This document shows, piece after piece, positions 48,757-60,100 of a stretch of DNA of 64,000 nucleotides. Made by a program: the position numbers and the translations under genes. The number at the start of each line of letters is the position of its first letter. Position 1 is the stretch's first letter. Where the stretch lies: the NCBI GenBank assembly GCA_043228905.1, contig JBHGNT010000001.1:32798001-32862000 (forward strand), in the 5' to 3' direction. The notes under the pieces were generated by a model. The model was given only the letters and a program-made list of their open reading frames with translations, did no database searches and had not been told where the DNA came from. This DNA comes from Azolla caroliniana. Lineage: Eukaryota; Plantae; Polypodiophyta.

Positions 48757-50667
48757 AGCCGGATAAAGAGACATAAATGTAAAAAAGAAGGAAATACTCA
48801 CTACTGCGCAGGGCGTGATTCGAAATCTACACCTCCAAGTTGACAAACCTCAACCTTACCATTACATTAACTTATCTTAAGTGTTTTAAATATAGATTTA
48901 ATATGTATAAGACCTTTATTTATGCATACCTTTATTAAAAGGTAAATCGTGTATTTCTTTAATATATGAAAAAGAAAAAACACGAGACACTAAAAATAAC
49001 TCATGCACATCTAGCGTGCATGAGCCCTATACTTAGGAAATAAAAAAGCATCACATGCACATTTTTAGGGGACATGAACACTTTTTGTAAAAAAAAAAGC
49101 ATGAAGCCATGCTTAGCTCTTTTTTCCTTATATAAGGAGGAGAGAAATATGTAAAGGGTTGTTGATTTTTTTTTGGATTAAGAATTAATCAATACAAAAA
49201 TTATTCGTGGGATTCACGATTTATACATCTACTTCTCTCTTAACACCCTAAGTACCAATTAATATAGTATACTCGTGTGATTCACGAGTTTCTTATCTTT
49301 CTCTTTGCTATTTACTCATAATTAATCTCTATCTCACGAACTCCTTTCTCCTAGTCCAAGACCTCTGTGGTTCCCACCCGACTCACGCAACGATCCGGAG
49401 CCGAAAGGCACGACACCGCCACCGTCAGTATCTTGGTCTTACGTCGACCGCGTTGCCGACTGCCGGAGTCTCTAGAACCGGTGTGAAGGATCCTCGGTAG
49501 ACCGTCATTTTGTCTCCCTGACCCTGTCCGGGTCGTCCTTTTCCGCATGCCGAGAGGGCGTTTGTTCCGCACCTTCTCCCGTGGTACCGACGTACCGTGT
49601 CCTCGGCCTCTTCGTAGGCCTGCTCTCTTCCTCCCTCTCGGAATGGTCATCCGGGAGTCCGATCCGCCCGGTTCTCGTCCAGGTCCGTTCGTCCTTCTCC
49701 GGATTGCCAAGTCCCGTTCTCCTGTCGCCACCGATCTCTCTTATAGGACTCACGCCGGCACTCGGGCCTGCAGCCGGATCGGCGTAAGGAATCCCATAGG
49801 ACCGGCTTTCATTCTCTTTCCAAATCTCGACCTTCGTCCGGTCGGTCTTTCTCCCCATGTAAAAGAGGGCGGCTCGTCCCACACCCCCTTCCGTATCGGC
49901 ACTTTCATGCCGAATCCGGCCCCGATCGAACGATCCACGACCAGATTACGCTCCAACCGTATCAGAATGCCGATCTCCTCGTGCTGCGTTCGTCCTTAGC
50001 CTCCTCGCAGGTCGTTTCCCATCCGAATTCGCTGGCATCGTGCCAGGACTCCTCGGTACCGCCATCCATCTCCTCGGTCTTACATGGGCATACGGGCCCG
50101 AATGCCGAGATCTCCGGAATCGGGTCCGTGGGCTTTCGTCCGTTCCTTCCCCGTATCGTCTCGCCGGTGATTCTTGGTCTATCGCCGCCGCCTTCCTCCG
50201 CTTGGGACTCACGTGGGCACTCGGGCCCGATAGCCATCGTCTCAAGAGCAAGTGTGGGAAGACACAAGGAATCGCCTGTCCGTTTTACGCCCTTGTTCGT
50301 AGCCACCGACTCTTCGTGGTCGGCGGTCATCTTCTTACCGATCGCGCAAGCCCTGTCTGGGCTTGCTTCTCCTATGACCGGGATCTCGGCCCCGTCCTTG
50401 GTCGTTCTATCTCCGCAAGTCGAGAGGGCGTTTTGTTCCGCACCCTCTCCCGTGGTACCGATCTTCCGCCGTCGCGTGGCGCAAGTCCGTCTTCTCAGTC
50501 TCGGCTTGCGGCCTCCGTCTTTCCTCTTCCTCGAGCATCGCCTCGAGAGCTGCGTACGACTCCGCAATCCTGGCCCCAACGCTGACCCTTGCCGACTCTC
50601 TTTGCCGTTCGGCCTCTTCCCGTTGTGATGGCACGTCATCACGTACCTTCCTCTTAGCCTTCTCGGC

Positions 50668-51279
50668 TCACTCGTTGTCTAGCCGTTGGCACACCCTTCC
50701 GACCTTCGACCAGTCCTCCGTAAGCCCATTCGCTCCATCATCGTCTTCGAGCTCAATCCCGATGGCCTCCCATTCCGTTCGGTCGATCGACCTGACGAAC
50801 AATAGGACCTTGTCTGCCCCCACCAAACCTTGTTCCCGCTCCGGGAGCCGAGCAAGCCGTCGCTCGAACTCTCGAAACGCCTTGGTCGCGCCTCGATGGG
50901 TCTTTGTCGATGCTACCCACTGGTCAAAGTCGTGTCGTCCCCGGCTCTTCCGCCGTCCTCCGTATGCCTTCAGGAGCGCCTCTTCGAAGGCCTCCCACGA
51001 ACTATGAGCCTCACAGAGCTCCTTTATTTCCGCATGCATCCGGACAACCACGACCCGACAGAAGAACTCCAGCCTCAACGCCTCGTCTACGCCATGCCCC
51101 TCCATTTCCGCGTTGTAGGCTTCCAAGTAAGATGGGACTTTGTCCCCGTTGAAACGGCCGACTCTTTCGACCACTCGCTCAACCGCCTGTTGCGCTGCTT
51201 CTCGCCTCATCACCACTCGTGCCGACTCCAACACCACTTCGGCCACCATCTCCGCAAGGTCGTCGTCTTCCGACTCCAT
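50668..51279 (-). CDS. Element A Gag/capsid-like protein
   Basis: 203 aa that align by eye with B Gag: GRFNGDKVPSYLEAYNAEM vs GQFNGKDVSRYLQDYKAEM, SWEAFEEALLK vs TWEAFEEALKT, ADKVLLFVR vs PDKVIMFLR, NGLTEDWSKV vs SGLTETWESV. The frame stays open past the TGA to 50407. Confidence 0.85.
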   Translation of the reverse strand: MESEDDDLAEMVAEVVLESARVVMRREAAQQAVERVVERVGRFNGDKVPSYLEAYNAEMEGHGVDEALRLEFFCRVVVVRMHAEIKELCEAHSSWEAFEEALLKAYGGRRKSRGRHDFDQWVASTKTHRGATKAFREFERRLARLPEREQGLVGADKVLLFVRSIDRTEWEAIGIELEDDDGANGLTEDWSKVGRVCQRLDNE

Positions 51280-51294
51280 CCTCCCTTGCCGCCT

Positions 51295-51312
51295 TTCACG
51301 TCGGGTTCACCA
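51295..51312 (-). promoter_or_regulatory. tRNA-Trp primer-binding site of element A
   Basis: Same 18-mer as in B, also 4 nt from the LTR end. Confidence 0.85.
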
Positions 51313-51316
51313 AATA

Positions 51317-51449
51317 TGTCGCGTTGTTACGCGCGTGCGTGGAGAAAGGCTGGACCACGGGGGTCTTGGACTAGGGAGTGATGGAGCGTAGGAAATCGTG
51401 CTTCACCGTTTCCGGGGCATCCCAGAAGCACACCGGAAGCAACCGAAGG

Positions 51450-51487
<38 letters not shown>

Positions 51488-52090
51488 TTAACACCGACTC
51501 ACGCACACTCACTCAAACACACACACACACACAGGCCAACCCGACTCACACCCTTAAGTACAGGAAGTGCAAGAAAGGGGAAGCACCCGACACCAACGAA
51601 GACGTGAATATACACAGACAGACGCAAACGTATATATGTATATAAAAGAAGAATACATTCCCGACTTCAAGCCGTTCCAAGGCAGGTTACAGTAGTCGTC
51701 AGCTGCCAAGCCGCCGTCGGGGAGCTCACGGGCTCGTCGCGCCGAGCGGGGTCTTGCGCAGGAGATGAGCTGAAGCAAACCCTAAGCAAACACGAAGGAG
51801 AAGAAGAAGAACTCACTCTAAACCTAACGGTATACCCTCTAATGCAAAATGGGCAACCCTTTCACAAAGGGCGTTCCCCTCCTTTTATAGAACAAGGAAA
51901 GGGATGCGTTACAATGTGGGACAAATCCCAACTTACATGGGATCGTCTGTCCTGACTTGACTACTCTTCGGCGCCATAAAGGCGCCCTCGTTATTCACAC
52001 TAAATGTACATGGGTGCGTACACACGCTGCACCCCACCGATGTAGCCAATGTTTCCCGGTTTCCGCCTCTGGCCAAAATTCTTCACGATA
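51317..52090 (-). repeat. 5' LTR of element A (complete)
   Basis: Contains a minus-strand TATA-like CTATAAAAGG at 51881-51890 and (AG)n and (AC)n tracts. The terminal CA has mutated to TA. Confidence 0.88.
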
Positions 52091-54117
52091 ACGAATAGAG
52101 AAAGTTGGACATTCCATCTAGTTTGACAAATCATAGATTTGTAGTCATGCAATCATGCGAGTGAAAATGCATTGTAATCCAAAAACCTAAATCAAAGACA
52201 TGTATGAACAATAGGGTCAAATACTTGGATAATTACAAAAGGTTTATGTCCCATAGAGTATGACATTGTTAATGAAACCCAAACTGTATCACATATCAAG
52301 TAAGCCCTTAGTTAATGTTTGCTGAAAATATTCGTAAGATGTGGGATGGACTAAAGACATGAATAATAGAGAGTAAAAGCACAAGCCATGACGCTATATA
52401 CAATGACAATAAGATAAGGTCATTAATTTCTTCAACCTCAATGCTACCACATGTTAAATGTATAATTAGTCACTCATGTATTTGTACACTTGTAAAGGTA
52501 TCTCATGGATTAAAGGCCCGAACAATGAATGCAAAGTGCAAACATGAAATGGATGAGCTTGGTTCTCGGATGACCACATACAATCTACAACAACACCTTA
52601 TTATCACATTCCAAAGGCACAATTACTTGAGTGTATGCTCATAACACCCACGATGGGTCAACAAAAACTAGAGACATGGAATTCGGGGAGTTGGGTGTTT
52701 AGGTGAGGAGAGGGGGAACAAGATATATCTTTGAAGGGCAATACTATATCGAGACCGTGAGCAATGCTCCTTTCATAGTAGAAAATGCCGAGTTACATAC
52801 ATGCATGCCCATTGTGAGCACTCACGAGGAAGGTGCATGGGCGGAGGGGAAGGATGAAAGTGTGGCGAATGAATGAGTGATGGTCGAGGGAGCAGATATT
52901 CTGCGGCTAAACTCATCTTGAGTTGGAGCCATTTCCTTGTGGAGGAAAAGAAGAGCCGAGTGTGTGTTGTTTTTGCACAACACATTAAAAAAAGAAAAAG
53001 AAAAGAAAAGAACAGAACAGAATATGTAGACACATACACACACCCACACACACACACAGGTGCTTCAACATAAATAAGCAAAATAAATAAATAAAAGAAA
53101 TAACAAAATAACAGGGAAGAAAAGAAGAAGAAAAACAAAAGGAGAGGAAAAACAATGCGGGTTTGATCACATACATACATATACATACATACGTACGTAT
53201 ATGCATAAATACATATACACATACCTGCATTATACACATACGTATATGTATACGTACATACATACATATATGTATGTATACATACTGTTCTTCTACATCT
53301 TCATCCCTTCCATCTGCTTTGCTTTGGAAGATGGAGTAATCTGTCTGTCTGATTGATTCTCTCCATCTCCATTGATTCATCATCCTCTTCACCATTTCTT
53401 CTTATCAAAGCGTCGTTGGATTCAGGCTTGGCCATGGTGTTTTGCTCGACCTCCTGCATCAGATTATCCTCGCCTTCTCCTTCTCCATCTCCTTCTCCAC
53501 CATCAGCATCAGCATCGTCGTCATCAACAGATTTTATTCTCTCCTGTCTGATCATCCACATCATCAGGTACTTACCTTCCATGCGAAGATCACTCTTTTT
53601 CTTTCCTTCTATCGATTTATTCGGATCGCATAGTTTTCTCTGTTTTCCTCTTGAGATCAGCCGATTTCCATATCCCGAACCTTATCCATCTCTGCCTTTT
53701 GATCAGATTAAGCTTCGCCTCTCCATAGCTGCTCTCTGTTTGCGTTCACATTGCGTCAGAACTTCATTTAAACGACATATAAAACAAGCAAGAAAGAAAG
53801 AGGCATTTTTACTATTCTTATTGTGATCAGCCTGGAAGATCTTCCACTTCTTCTTCTGCATCCGGCATAGACATATCTGTATGCAAAAACTTTTTCTTCT
53901 GTACCGTAGTGTTGAAGAAATGAGGTTAAAGAAGAAGGGGAATCTCTTCCATCGATAATACTATCATCGTCATCAACACCATCGTTTATAGTCAGTATTG
54001 GAAAAACGAGGTTATAGGAGAGGATTATTTCTTCCATCGATCATCATTGCCACCATCATTTATAGTTGCACATTTCTTTCCAACCATCGCCATCACCGAC
54101 ACTTATAATTGTTTCAC

Positions 54118-57100
54118 ATGAATATGGAGGAAGAGAGTGCCGGAAACAATAATGCTGATCGAAAGCCTGTGGCCCCTGCGGTTGAAGAAGAAGGAACTTC
54201 TGCTCCCATCCCCGATAGAGTAAATTTCCTTTATTTGCTTAAAACATGTTTTTTTTTCGTCTTCGCATTTCTAGTATATGTGTTACATATATTTTTGTTC
54301 TCTTCTCTAATGATCCTATATGTGTTTAGGTTTAGCTTTCTTTGTTTAAACATTTCCTCTTGACATTTCTTTATACACACGTATGCGTTTAGGCTCATGC
54401 CTTTTCTAACACGGTCCTTTCAGGTTTTATGATAATATTTCTTTGCGTCAACATCTTCTGATCTGGTTTTATACTATTTCGTCTTTGGTTAAAATTTCTC
54501 TTCGCATTTCTGTTAATGTGTCTATTTGCCATTTTGGAAAATCCTTTTTATGTATTTGATTTAGCATTCTTTCCTTCATTATATCTTCTTTGCATTTCTA
54601 TAAATGTACCACTCAGGCTTTGGTGCTCCTTTTGAAATAATCTTTATGTGTATGGTGTAAGATTTCTTTGCTTCGATGTATATTCTTTGCATTTATGTGT
54701 ATTTACGTACGTTCTGTTTCTACATGATCTTTATATGTGATCAGAGTAAAAATTTCATTGTTCAAGTTTATCCTCTTCACATTTTTATGATGGTCGATTT
54801 TTTATTTCCTTCTATTTTTTCAGGTGCAAGTAGGTAATTCTCCTGTATATAAGATAGATCGCAAGCTCGGAAAAGGGGGGTTTGGTCAGGTTTATGTAGG
54901 TCGTCGAATACGGAATGTGTCGGAACGATCTGGCCCTCATGCTGCAGAGGTCATTCACAACACTTTGACCATGTTTTTCATCTGCTGATTGCATTTCTGC
55001 TGAATATATTCAGACATTATTTATGCATGTATTTGTTAATGTGTTGCAAAGATGCATCCTATTTCATGGATCATCGCTGATTTGCACTAGAATTGCGTTT
55101 ATGTTCCACCGATCATCTCTGGGTTACGACGAGAACATGTGACCATTGTTTTTTATGCTGTTAAGTGCCTTTGCATATGCATTATGGTAAACCATTCAAA
55201 TAATTTTTAGATACGCATTTGTTAATGTGTTGCAGATATGCATACCATTTTCTGCTCTGTTTCATATATCACCTCAGGTTTCAGATGAGAATTAGACTTT
55301 ATGTTCTACGGATATCGCAAGGTTGAGATGAGAACTAGCTTTTATGTTCTACAGATATGACAGGGTTGAGATGAGAACTCTCTTTTATGTTCCACGGACC
55401 ATCTCAGGGTTGAGATGAGAACACTTAACTATTGTTTTCTTTTGCTGATAGATACTTTTGGCACTTGCATTTCTGTTGGGTACATTCAAGTATTAATTAC
55501 ACATGCATTTGTTATTACATTTGGAAGATACAGCCCATGTTTCTATGTTGTATAGAGCATCTCAGGGTAGAAAAGAGAACTCACATTTATGCTGAAATAG
55601 ACTTGTCAATGCTTAACATTTACAGGTGGCTCTTAAATTTGAGCACCGCAATAACAAAGGCTGTAACAGTGGCCCTCCATACGAGTGGCAAGTCTACAAG
55701 TACTCACTAACCTTTGAACTTTCTCATATCGTTCTATGTTACCAACTTCTCTATTGCATGTCTAGCATAGTTCCACTCAAATGTGTTAATTACAGTGCTC
55801 TGAATGGATGCTATGGAGTCCCTCATGTACATTATAAAGGACGCCAAGGCGAATTCTACATTATGGTAATTATGAGACTTGTCTTACGCTTGTGGAAGGA
55901 TACACATTGTGTGTTATGTTTCTCTCATTGCTAAAAATAATAAATTGTGTATTCTCTTGTAGGTTATGGACATGCTAGGACCCAGTTTGTGGGATGTATG
56001 GAACACCTCAAACCAGTCGTAAGTTTTTAGGCCTTTGTTTGAGAACCAAAAAGACATTTGTTTTAATATTTAGATAAGAAAGAAAGACTAAGATCATGTG
56101 TTCACCAGCATGTCTACGGAGATGGTTGCGTGCATTGCTGTTGAGTCTCTTTCCATTTTGGAGAAGATGCATGCAAAAGGGTAATATTACCATTTTTATT
56201 ATAACTTTGATCAATTATGAGTATGTCAATAGCTCTGATATATTTCGTTACAGTTATGTGCACGGAGATGTGAAACCTGAAAATTTTCTTCTTGGACACC
56301 CTGGTTCAGCTGATGAAAAGAAGCTGTTTCTTGTAGACCTTGGTCTTGGTAATTTAAACATACTCAGTTACAGACTTTCACCCTCTTTATTTCAAATTCT
56401 TACTCATTCTTGTGAATTTCTGCGTTGATTGTTCAGCATCCAAATGGAGGGATTCTGCTACAGGGAGACACATCGAATATGATCAGAGGCCAGATGTTTT
56501 TAGGTAACACTGCATGTCTTTACTTCGTTGATGCATTGTAGAAAAATTAGACATGATCTTGGTAATTTTGATTTGGAGACAATCTTTATACCGTAGTTCA
56601 TTATTGTGGTAGGGGAACTGTAAGATATGCAAGTGTTCACGCACATCTTGGTCGAACTGGCAGTAGGAGAGACGATCTCGAATCTCTAGCATATACTTTG
56701 GTATTTCTACTTCGTGGACGTCTACCATGGCAGGGATTTCAGGTCTAATAGATTTTCCCTGAACTACTGCTGATTTTATTGTTCTTGTTTGTAAGAAGCG
56801 CATCCCTTTTGATGTTGCTAAGAGTTAATTTCTTGTTTAGGGTGAGAACAAGGGGTTTCAGGTCTGTAAGAAAAAGATGGGCACATCGGCTGATGCTCTT
56901 TGCTGTTTATGCCCTGCTCCCTTCAAGCAGTTTCTTGATAGCGTGGTTAGCATGAAGTTTGATGAAGAACCTGATTATGCAAGACTGATCAGCATTTTTG
57001 ATGCAATTCTTAGTCCAAATCCTGCTATCAGACCAATACTTACAGAAGGGGCAGTGAAGGTGGGTATGGCTAGATGTTTTTGACTTTTTATTTTTTGAAT

Positions 57101-60100
57101 CTGTACTTGGTTTTGACCTGTAGATATCATTCCTAGGCTGGGCAAAAACGCTCAAGGTTGTCTATGGAGGCAGTTGATGACGAGCAACCAAGAAAGAAAA
57201 CACGATTAGGGATGCCAGCAACACAGTGGATTACTATCTACAATTTTCGGAAAACCATGAAGCAACGGTAACTATTTTCCATTTTGCTTAATAATTTTGA
57301 TTGTTCATATTTTATTACTTAGTAAGCCACATGAATCCAACATGTTTGATCACAAGTATCCCATCAATAACACACGCATCTAATTCTGCGTCCACCATGT
57401 CATCAATTGGGTTTTTAATGGGCAATGCCATTGTCGCCATTAGAGAAACCTCTGTAACTTTTTTCCCTTTTTTCCCTTTAGAAATACTGATCTAATCTCC
57501 TTGATGATAATGAATGGATGTGTATGTGATCAACTGTACTAGTAGATCTGTGGACTGCATGGACTCTCCAGTCTCATATATTTTAGGAGTATCTTTTTTC
57601 TTGATCATGAATGCTAAATCCAAATAATTCATGATCAGGAAAAGTGATATATCCTAATATCAGATTAGACGGATGGATTCAATGCAGCATGTATGAATGG
57701 TTGGGATTACATTTTTAACGGAGTATCCTTTGTGAAGTCAATGAGAATCAATGCTAGTGGAATTAGAAGAGCACATAATGAGTTTATGGCCTATCGCAAA
57801 TTCCGTTCTTTTATCAAGAGATTTTCTATTATTCTTTTGTTAATTGATTCTTTCATGATGCTAGAGTTTCTCTTCTTGATTAATGAGGCAATGATAGTAT
57901 GTACATTGTCAATATGCCAACTTCTGTGAGGAGTCGACTTATTCCTTCTCTTTGTATGGATAAAAGAAAATATGCTCTCACCAGAAAGAAGCAGAAACAA
58001 GTAGAGAAACCTTCTCAATAATGAGCTTTTTGAATGGAAGAATGCATGTTTCAAACTGATTGCCACTGTGATATAATATATTTCCATCTTTTTCTTCATT
58101 TGCTAATGGAAGATGAGAAAGATCATTTCCCTTAAGATTCATATGCAGAAGAATTGATACAATTTTCGTAAATTACCATACCTGTAGTCATCATCAGTTC
58201 ATTATTCACTTGACTGTGATTTTCTTTATTTTTTGTTCTCCCAAAATGGATTTAGAAGAAATGCTTTTGCATGTAATAGAGAATGCATAATGTACCATCT
58301 TTCTAGGATGGCATATTTGATTTCATTAAATCTCCAGTGTTTCAGGATCCCACACTTACAATTTCTTTTGCCATATGCTTTGTTGGGTCATAAATTAAGC
58401 TCATTGTAGAGCCTTCTCTTTTTATTAAAGGGAAGAGTTGTGAGGTTAGGTTGCAGATGCTCACTATTGTTTTAATGTCACTCTAAAAGTTTCCAAACAT
58501 AACACTTGAACATACCTTTCAGCATTTTTTGCAACTGATACTTCGATAGTCTGAAGGTGATCAACATAATTAAACTGTGCTAAACATATCATAAAAACAT
58601 GAGCGTCCCACCTTGAAAGCTTGAATATCTTCATTATAAAGCAAAATTTGAATTGCTTCATTACCTTTTTTCCTTCCTTGCATTTGCTAAGCATTACATA
58701 ATGAGTCCTTTGTGTCATCTTTTCTCTTTTTATTTGAGGAGAAATCTGCTTAAGATAGAGATAGCACTTCAGATGAACCAGTAACAAATCCAACAATTGT
58801 GTTCAGATTGAAATGAATTATGGAGTTTCTCTTTCTCAAAGAGATTTGCACCAGCAATTAACAATTTAGTCATATCCTTCACCAGGAATTAATACTTCAG
58901 TGTGCAATATGTACACGGAATTTTTAGTATATAGGGTTAATTAGTGATAGAAATCTCATTGCCCGTGGACCTTACTGTAATTAATGAGTTCGTTTCATTA
59001 GAGATCAGCACAATGCATAGGATGCACTGTAAGTTGGTGCCAAGTTGTGAGATTTGTTCAAGTTGGCAAGGTTATAGGCCCTTAACACCTTAAGCTTTTG
59101 GGGCTAATTAGTGATAAAAAGCTCATTGCCTGTGGACCTTTTTGTATTAATGAGCTCTTTTCATTATAGGTGAGCACAATGCATAGTATCACTGTAAGTT
59201 GGTACCAAGTTGTGAGGTTGGTTCAAGTTGGCCGGGTTATAGGCCCTTAACACCTTAAGGTTTTGGGGCTAATTAGTGATAGAAAGCTCATTGCCTGTGA
59301 ACCTTATTGTAAATAATGAGTTCTTTTCATGAGAGGTCAGCACAATGTATCATATCCACTGTAAGTTGGTGCCAAGTTGTGAGGTTATAGGTCTAGTTGG
59401 CTGTACCAAATTGCGAACCAGAGATAATGCTGGGTGGGTGATCCCTTGGGAAGTTTATCTCCCAAAACTCACCTGGCCATGGGAGAAGTTGTCTTCAAAT
59501 CTCCTCATGATGAGGATATATTATTATATTGATCCTACTTGGCTCTGCTGTGCTACAATATCACTTAGCAACCATATTTCTTTACATGTTAAGACGTGTT
59601 CTCTACCAATACCCAACATCAATCATTGCTTTTCATTTAATATAGACTCCTCAGAATATTGAGTGTTGATTGCTGGTAGGTTACACTCATGGGAGATGTA
59701 CAATTGAGCTCTAATAAAACGAGTGACTAACGGAGAGTAATTTCAATTTAGAGTTGGCTAAAAAATCCTCTAGGAGGTTGCACATTATGCAATTCAATGT
59801 TCTCTCTAAAAAAGTGCCATTTAGGAGCTCCCGTAGCAAAGGTAGTTAATATTGGCACTCCTGTAATTAAAACAGCTGGTGGAGCTGGAGATGATCATCA
59901 TTTGTGTGCTGAAATGCAGAAATGGTTCCAATCACATAAATGCACCATTCCATTTCATTATAGGTTAGATTATCTGCATTTGGACATGACCAAAGTGGAA
60001 AGGAAGAGGTCGATCCCAACTGATAGCATTAAATTGGATAGTAAAAAGGCGTAGACTATTCCCACAACACCTCTTGGTAGAAAGATGACACACTAATAGG

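Larger units (their letters stand above)
41960..49415 (+). mobile_element. Element B: Ty3/gypsy LTR retrotransposon without a chromodomain, nested in A
   Basis: LTRs 41960-42795 and 48463-49415 (TGTCG...CGACA). TSD CCGC, PBS 42800-42817, PPT GGAGGGGGCGAG. Domain order is gag-PR / RT-RH-IN. Confidence 0.96.
40140..52090 (-). mobile_element. Element A: non-autonomous Gag-only LTR retrotransposon (about 4.5 kb excluding nested B)
   Basis: 5' LTR 51317-52090 (774 bp) and 3' LTR 40140-40428 (289 bp). TSD ACGA at 40136-40139 and 52091-52094. PBS 51295-51312, with a G-rich PPT next to the 3' LTR. Gag-like ORF present; no RT, RNase H or integrase motifs seen. Confidence 0.88.
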
